This document shows, piece after piece, positions 7,001-11,036 of a DNA stretch of 11,036 bases. Both the position numbers and the translations under genes were made by a program. Below the pieces are notes generated by a model. It searched no databases. It had not been told where the DNA came from and saw only the letters and a list, made by a program, of their open reading frames with translations. The DNA lies in contig JBGATO010000105.1 in assembly GCA_044229145.1 (NCBI GenBank), positions 1 through 11,036 on the forward strand, written 5' to 3'. The stretch comes from Candidatus Eiseniibacteriota bacterium (GTDB taxonomy: Bacteria; Eisenbacteria; RBG-16-71-46; CAZEPH01). Position 1 is the first letter of the stretch; every line of letters starts with the position of its first letter.

Positions 7001-7240
7001 TCAGGACGGCGCGATCGCCCACGCCGCGAGCGCCGCAAGCGCGGCCAGCGCGACGGCGACCGCGACACCACGCAGCACACCTGCTTCGCGCGGTGTCAAG
7101 TCGACGTCCTCGCTGAATGGGTCCGCATCGAAGTCGCCCGGATGCTGCTGTGCGCGGTGCACGCGCCGCTCGACCTCCTGCGGCTGGTAGCCGAGAAAGT
7201 CCTCCGCGTGCCACGCGCTGCGCGGCGTGTGCTGCTGCAT
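7001..7240 (-). CDS. Hypothetical 79-aa protein with a single C-terminal transmembrane helix
   Basis: GGAG 6 nt before ATG 7240. The sequence is protein-like (MQQHTPRSAWHAEDFLGYQPQEVERR...DPFSEDVDLTPRE) and ends in GVAVAVALAALAALAAWAIAPS. It fills the gap between ZIP and the intergenic RNA. Confidence 0.65.
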   Translation of the reverse strand: MQQHTPRSAWHAEDFLGYQPQEVERRVHRAQQHPGDFDADPFSEDVDLTPREAGVLRGVAVAVALAALAALAAWAIAPS

Positions 7241-7291
7241 CGTGTGCTCCGAAAAATCCGTGCGCGGCGTGCCAATCACGCGGCTTGTGCG

Positions 7292-7320
7292 TTGACACCT
7301 TCGCCGTGCGGACGCATGAT
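7292..7320 (+). promoter_or_regulatory. Sigma70-type promoter driving the candidate small RNA
   Basis: Perfect -35 TTGACA (7292-7297), 17-nt spacer, -10 CATGAT (7315-7320). Confidence 0.7.
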
Positions 7321-7326
7321 CGCTTC

Positions 7327-7426
7327 GTTCGTCACGCATGCGTGGCGACATCCGTTGCCTGGGGCTGAAGGAGACTCCAGGTGACGACGAAGGCGGCCCG
7401 CATGGACGCAGGCCGCCTTTCTTTTT
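7327..7426 (+). ncRNA. Candidate ~100-nt structured small RNA or leader RNA of unrecognised family
   Basis: Bounded by the promoter and an intrinsic terminator. Hairpins at 7329-7348 (8 bp), 7353-7386 (12 bp) and 7389-7420. The four non-Watson-Crick pairs in hairpins 1-2 are G-U wobbles on the + strand. Confidence 0.6.
7389..7426 (+). terminator. Rho-independent terminator
   Basis: GAAGGCGGCC (7389-7398) pairs with GGCCGCCTTT (7411-7420), followed by CTTTTT; the only long T-tract after a hairpin that I found in the window. Confidence 0.8.
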
Positions 7427-7460
7427 ACACCTTGCCGCCTCGCCGCGTCACGCCTGCCGA

Positions 7461-7469
7461 TGGTACGCT
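7461..7469 (+). promoter_or_regulatory. Putative extended -10 element for the large secreted protein gene
   Basis: TG-G-TACGCT (-10 at 7464-7469), downstream of the terminator and about 45 nt before ATG 7514; the -35 is poor. Confidence 0.45.
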
Positions 7470-7513
7470 CTCCGCGTTGGTTCCGCAGTCCACGCCATCC
7501 TGCCGAGGTCGCG

Positions 7514-10500
7514 ATGCACCGATTGCTGCCGCTTGTGCTCGCCGTCACCCTTGCCCACGCCGCGCATGCCGCGCCGGGCCCACGCGAACGCGAACACGAA
7601 CTCGAACAACTCTCGCCGGCGGAGATCGCGCGTCGCGCCGCCGAAGTGCCGGACCGCGCGCCCCTCGGACCGATCGCGGCGCCGCGCGCTCTGACGCCGA
7701 GCGGCATCACGTGGAGCGAACTCGGCCCGGCACCGATCGCCGGCGAGTACTGGTCGGGCAACGCGCCAGGCTCCGGCCGCGTGTCCGCGATCGCCGTGCA
7801 TCCGCACATCGCGTCGCGTGCATACATCGCCGCGGCCGGCGGCGGCGTCTGGCGCACCGACGATGGCGGAGCGTCGTGGGTGCCGCTCACCGAAGGCCTG
7901 AGTTCGCTCGCGTCCGGCTTCGTCGCGCTCGATCTCTCCGCGCCCGACACCGTCTACTACGGCACCGGCGAACAGCACGGTTCCGCCGACAGTTACTACG
8001 GCGACGGCCTGTTCCGGTCCTACGACGGCGGCGCGACGTGGAACAAGATCGCCGCGAAGACCGCGGTCGGCAGCTACATCTCGCGCGTCGTGGTGGACAG
8101 CCTGACGCCGGCGATCGTGCTGGTCGGCAGCGACCTCGGCGTGGTGCGCAGCGGTGACCACGGCGCGACGTGGAGCACCGTCCTCGGTGGCGGCACCTGC
8201 ACCGACCTGGCGATCGACCAGAGCACCGGCCTCACGATGTTCGCGGCGATGAAGAGTCTCGGCGTGTACAAGTCGACGGATGCCGGCCTCACGTGGACCA
8301 AGCTCACCGGCGGCCTGCCGACCTCCGGATTCGCCCGCATCAACTTCGGCCTCGCGCGGTCGAACCCGCAAGTGCTCTACGTCAGCTTCGTGGGGTCGAG
8401 CGGCAGTTTGCTCGGCATGTATCGCACGACCAACGGCGGCAGCGCGTTCACCAAGCTCACCGCGACGCCCAACTACATGGGCACGCAGGGCTGGTACGAC
8501 AACGCGGTGGTGGTGGATCCGACGAATCCGGCGGTGGTGTGGGGCATCGGGATGTTCCCGTTCTCGCCCGGCATCGATCACGGTGTGATCCTCACGCAGA
8601 ACGGCGGCACGTCATGGAGTGACCGCAACTTCGGCGTCGACGGCACGCAGCCGCACCCCGACCAGCACCACGCGGCGTACGGCCCCGACGGCGCATTCTG
8701 GATCGCCACCGACGGCGGCGTGTGGAAGACGCTCGACCGCGGCCAGCACTGGATCAACTGCAACACCAACCTCGGCGTGACGCAGTTCTACTCGGTGGCG
8801 GCGTCGCCGAGCGATCCGTCGTTCATCACCGGCGGCACGCAGGACCAGGGTGCGATCGCCTTCGGCGGCACCGCGACGTGGTCGCAGCTCGAAGCCGGCG
8901 ACGGCGGGCCAACCGCCATCGAATGGCTGCGCCCGTCGTACTGCTACACGACGTACGTCTATCTCACCTACATGGAGCGATTCCACAACGGCGTCTTCGA
9001 GGACGATGTCACCGGCCCGTGGAATGGCGAGCGTGCGTCGTGGTGCAGCGGGCCGCTGGTCGCCGATCCCAACGTCGGATCGACGCTCTACGCCGGCACC
9101 TATCGCGTGTGGAAGACCAGCGACGCCGGCGCCACGTGGGCGACGATCTCCGGCGATCTCACCAACGGCTTCGGCCATCTGCGCGCCATCGCGGTGGCCG
9201 GCGGCCTGCCGAGCACGATCTACACCGGCAGCAGCGACGGCCGCGTCAACTTCACCAGTGACGGCACGACGTGGACGCTGCGCAACAGCGGCCTGCCCGG
9301 CCTGGCGATCACCGACATCGTCCTCGACCCCGCCGACTGGCAGACCGCGTACGCGTCGTTCGATTCGCCGTCGACCGGACGCATCTACGTCACGCACGAC
9401 GCCGGCGTGACGTGGGCGGCGATCACCGGCGATTTGCCGTCGTCGCTGCACGGGTTGTCGCTGGCGGGCGACTTCCGCGTGTCCCCGGCGCGGCTCTATC
9501 TCGGCACCGACTACGGCGTCTACACCTCGCGCGACGGCGGCGCGCACTGGACGAAGAGTGCCGGCCTGCCGTCGGTCGCGGTGTTCGATCTGCAAGTCGA
9601 TCTCGGCACCGGCGCGCTGGTGGCGGCGACGCACGGCCGCGGCATGTGGCGCGGCGCGCTCGATGTCAGCGGCCCGACGGTGAGCGTGCTGGCGCCGAAC
9701 GGCGGCGAGGCGTATCTCGCGGGTTCCGCGCAGACCGTGACGTGGAGCGCGAGCGATCCAAACGGCGTGGACTCGGTGACGGTGGAGTTGTCGACAGACG
9801 GCGGCGCGACGTTCGCGACGACGCTGGCGCGCGGCGTGGCGAACAGCGGTGCGTTGGCGTGGACGACGCCGGTGACACCGTCTGCCGCGTGCCGCGTGCG
9901 GATCGTGGCGTACGACGGGCTCGGCAACGCGCGCGCCGACACCAGCGATGCGGCGTTCGCCGTCGTCGCGCCCGCGGTGCACGACATCGCGGTCGTGGCG
10001 ATTCTGGCGCCGCTCGACGGGTACCCGGTGCCCGCCGGCGTCCCCCAGACCCCTCAGGTCCAGATCACGAATCGTGGAACGCAGGTGGAAACTTCTGTCC
10101 CGGTGCGGTTCCAGGTCCGTGACGCACTCGGAGCTCTCGTGCACGACGAAGCGCTCGTCCTGCCGGCGATCGCGGTGCGGGAAACGCTCGTGATCGTGGG
10201 CGAGCAGATCGTGTACGCCGTCACGGGCGGGAGCCCGACAGCGTACGTCTTCGCCGCGATGTGCGGCCTGGCCGTCGATGCGTCGCGGACGAATGATTCG
10301 CTGTTCGCGACCGTCATCGCCGAGGAGCCGGTGGTCCATGACGTGGCGGTGCTCGCGATCCTCGCTCCGCGCGAAGGCGAGGTCCTGGCATCGAACGTGT
10401 TCCTGACCCCGCAGATCCGCGTCGCCAATCGCGGCACGGTTGCGGAATCTGCGATTCCCGTGCACTTCCAGGTCCGCGACGCGCTCGGTGCTCTCGTACA

Positions 10501-11036
10501 CGACGGCATGCGTGTCGTGCCGGCGGCCGCAGCTCCCGAAACGCTCGACATTCTGATGGAGGAGTTCAAGATCACCGCCCTGCCGGGGGAGCCGGCATCG
10601 TATGTCTGCACGGCGTTCTGCGATCTGGCGGGCGATGCGGTGCGCGGCAACGATTCACTTTCGATCGGCGTGATCGCGGAGGAGCCGGTGGTACACGACA
10701 TCGCCGCGTCCGCTTTCGTGTCACCTGCGGCGGACGGACTCGTGGCCTCGGGTGAGCCGTTCGCGCCCGTGGTGTCGTTCATCAATCGCGGTAATGTGAC
10801 GGAGAGCGGCGCCGGCGTCCGTTACCGTGTGCGCGACGCCAGCGCGGCGCTGGTCGAGGACGTGGCAGCGACGCTCGCCACGATCGCGCCCGGCGAATCC
10901 GTGCAGGTGACGTTCCCGGCGATCGCGCTCGCCGGCCGCGCTGCGGAGGTGTTTAGCGTCACCGCGCGTGCGGACCTCAGCGGCGACGCCGATCTGGGCA
11001 ACGATTCGCTGGTCACCACGCTGACGATCGAAACGC
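7514..11036 (+). CDS. Large secreted BNR/Asp-box (Vps10/sortilin-, GH74-fold-like) beta-propeller protein with an Ig-like domain and CARDB-like repeats, 3'-truncated
   Basis: Translated by hand: GAGG 7505-7508, ATG 7514, signal peptide MHRLLPLVLAVTLAHAAHA, and no stop for 1174 codons to the window end. Eleven Asp-box-like motifs (RTDDGGASW, RSYDGGATW, KSTDAGLTW...), plus QGWYD, HPDQH, GGTQDQG and ATHGRGMW. A PNGGE-type Ig domain lies at ~9662-9966, followed by repeats. Confidence 0.92.
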   Translation, partial: MHRLLPLVLAVTLAHAAHAAPGPREREHELEQLSPAEIARRAAEVPDRAPLGPIAAPRALTPSGITWSELGPAPIAGEYWSGNAPGSGRVSAIAVHPHIASRAYIAAAGGGVWRTDDGGASWVPLTEGLSSLASGFVALDLSAPDTVYYGTGEQHGSADSYYGDGLFRSYDGGATWNKIAAKTAVGSYISRVVVDSLTPAIVLVGSDLGVVRSGDHGATWSTVLGGGTCTDLAIDQSTGLTMFAAMKSLGVYKSTDAGLTWTKLTGGLPTSGFARINFGLARSNPQVLYVSFVGSSGSLLGMYRTTNGGSAFTKLTATPNYMGTQGWYDNAVVVDPTNPAVVWGIGMFPFSPGIDHGVILTQNGGTSWSDRNFGVDGTQPHPDQHHAAYGPDGAFWIATDGGVWKTLDRGQHWINCNTNLGVTQFYSVAASPSDPSFITGGTQDQGAIAFGGTATWSQLEAGDGGPTAIEWLRPSYCYTTYVYLTYMERFHNGVFEDDVTGPWNGERASWCSGPLVADPNVGSTLYAGTYRVWKTSDAGATWATISGDLTNGFGHLRAIAVAGGLPSTIYTGSSDGRVNFTSDGTTWTLRNSGLPGLAITDIVLDPADWQTAYASFDSPSTGRIYVTHDAGVTWAAITGDLPSSLHGLSLAGDFRVSPARLYLGTDYGVYTSRDGGAHWTKSAGLPSVAVFDLQVDLGTGALVAATHGRGMWRGALDVSGPTVSVLAPNGGEAYLAGSAQTVTWSASDPNGVDSVTVELSTDGGATFATTLARGVANSGALAWTTPVTPSAACRVRIVAYDGLGNARADTSDAAFAVVAPAVHDIAVVAILAPLDGYPVPAGVPQTPQVQITNRGTQVETSVPVRFQVRDALGALVHDEALVLPAIAVRETLVIVGEQIVYAVTGGSPTAYVFAAMCGLAVDASRTNDSLFATVIAEEPVVHDVAVLAILAPREGEVLASNVFLTPQIRVANRGTVAESAIPVHFQVRDALGALVHDGMRVVPAAAAPETLDILMEEFKITALPGEPASYVCTAFCDLAGDAVRGNDSLSIGVIAEEPVVHDIAASAFVSPAADGLVASGEPFAPVVSFINRGNVTESGAGVRYRVRDASAALVEDVAATLATIAPGESVQVTFPAIALAGRAAEVFSVTARADLSGDADLGNDSLVTTLTIET
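9977..11036 (+). repeat. Three tandem 357-nt (119-aa) CARDB-like Ig-fold coding repeats
   Basis: VHD starts at 9977, 10334 and 10691 (period 357 nt). Shared motifs are HD[IV]A...P, NRG...E, [FY]xVRDA..ALV and D....NDSL. Confidence 0.85.

Noticed and set aside
6169..7080. 477-aa version of the hemerythrin ORF
   Set aside because: The upstream part is an off-frame shadow of ZIP; the SD and GTG at 6168 define the real gene.
7259..7275. Minus-strand TTGGCACG resembling a sigma54 -24 box upstream of the 7240 gene
   Set aside because: The spacing is GG-N8-GC rather than the required GG-N10-GC, and there is no TTGC.
7327..7426. Assignment of the RNA to tRNA, SRP RNA, or the ZTP, glutamine or yybP riboswitches
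   Set aside because: Only short fragments resemble these (GCCUGGG, UGAAGGA). The T-loop/cloverleaf, the SRP helix-8 motif and the riboswitch core motifs are absent by eye; Rfam was not run.
7381..8157. 258-aa ORF with a good-looking SD (AAGGAG) and GTG
   Set aside because: The GTG is buried in hairpin 2, the ORF runs through the terminator, and it is an Arg-rich off-frame shadow of the 7514 gene.
8612..10501. 629-aa minus-strand ORF and similar long ORFs (7448..8581, 4537..6210, 1790..2665)
   Set aside because: Antisense shadows of real genes, expected at high GC3; Arg/Gly-rich with no motifs.
9977..10690. Repeat pair as a DGR template/variable region or a CRISPR-like array
   Set aside because: Both copies are in-frame coding domains, the differences are not adenine-specific, and there are no spacers, reverse transcriptase or cas gene in the window.

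Overview
High-GC bacterial chromosomal window with no mobile element, CRISPR array, rRNA or tRNA visible. An outer-membrane beta-barrel and a secreted protein with a FlgD-Ig/T9SS-CTD-like tail suggest a diderm, probably FCB-related lineage (inference). On the + strand are a 5'-truncated pirin gene coupled to a 76-aa half GyrI-like protein, a small beta-barrel gene, and an mqnD-HAD hydrolase-EamA/DMT operon. On the - strand are a secreted NodB-like metallohydrolase candidate, a hemerythrin-like gene, a ZIP metal transporter that looks leaderless, and a 79-aa tail-anchored protein. From 7514 a secreted protein of at least 1174 codons (Asp-box beta-propeller, Ig-like domain, three 119-aa CARDB-like repeats) runs off the window end and is absent from the supplied ORF track. 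The most interesting signal is an unannotated ~100-nt transcription unit at ~7327-7426: a TTGACA-17-CATGAT promoter, three hairpins, ANGGA motifs in two loops, an alternative mutually exclusive fold and an intrinsic terminator. It is a candidate new sRNA or switch RNA.
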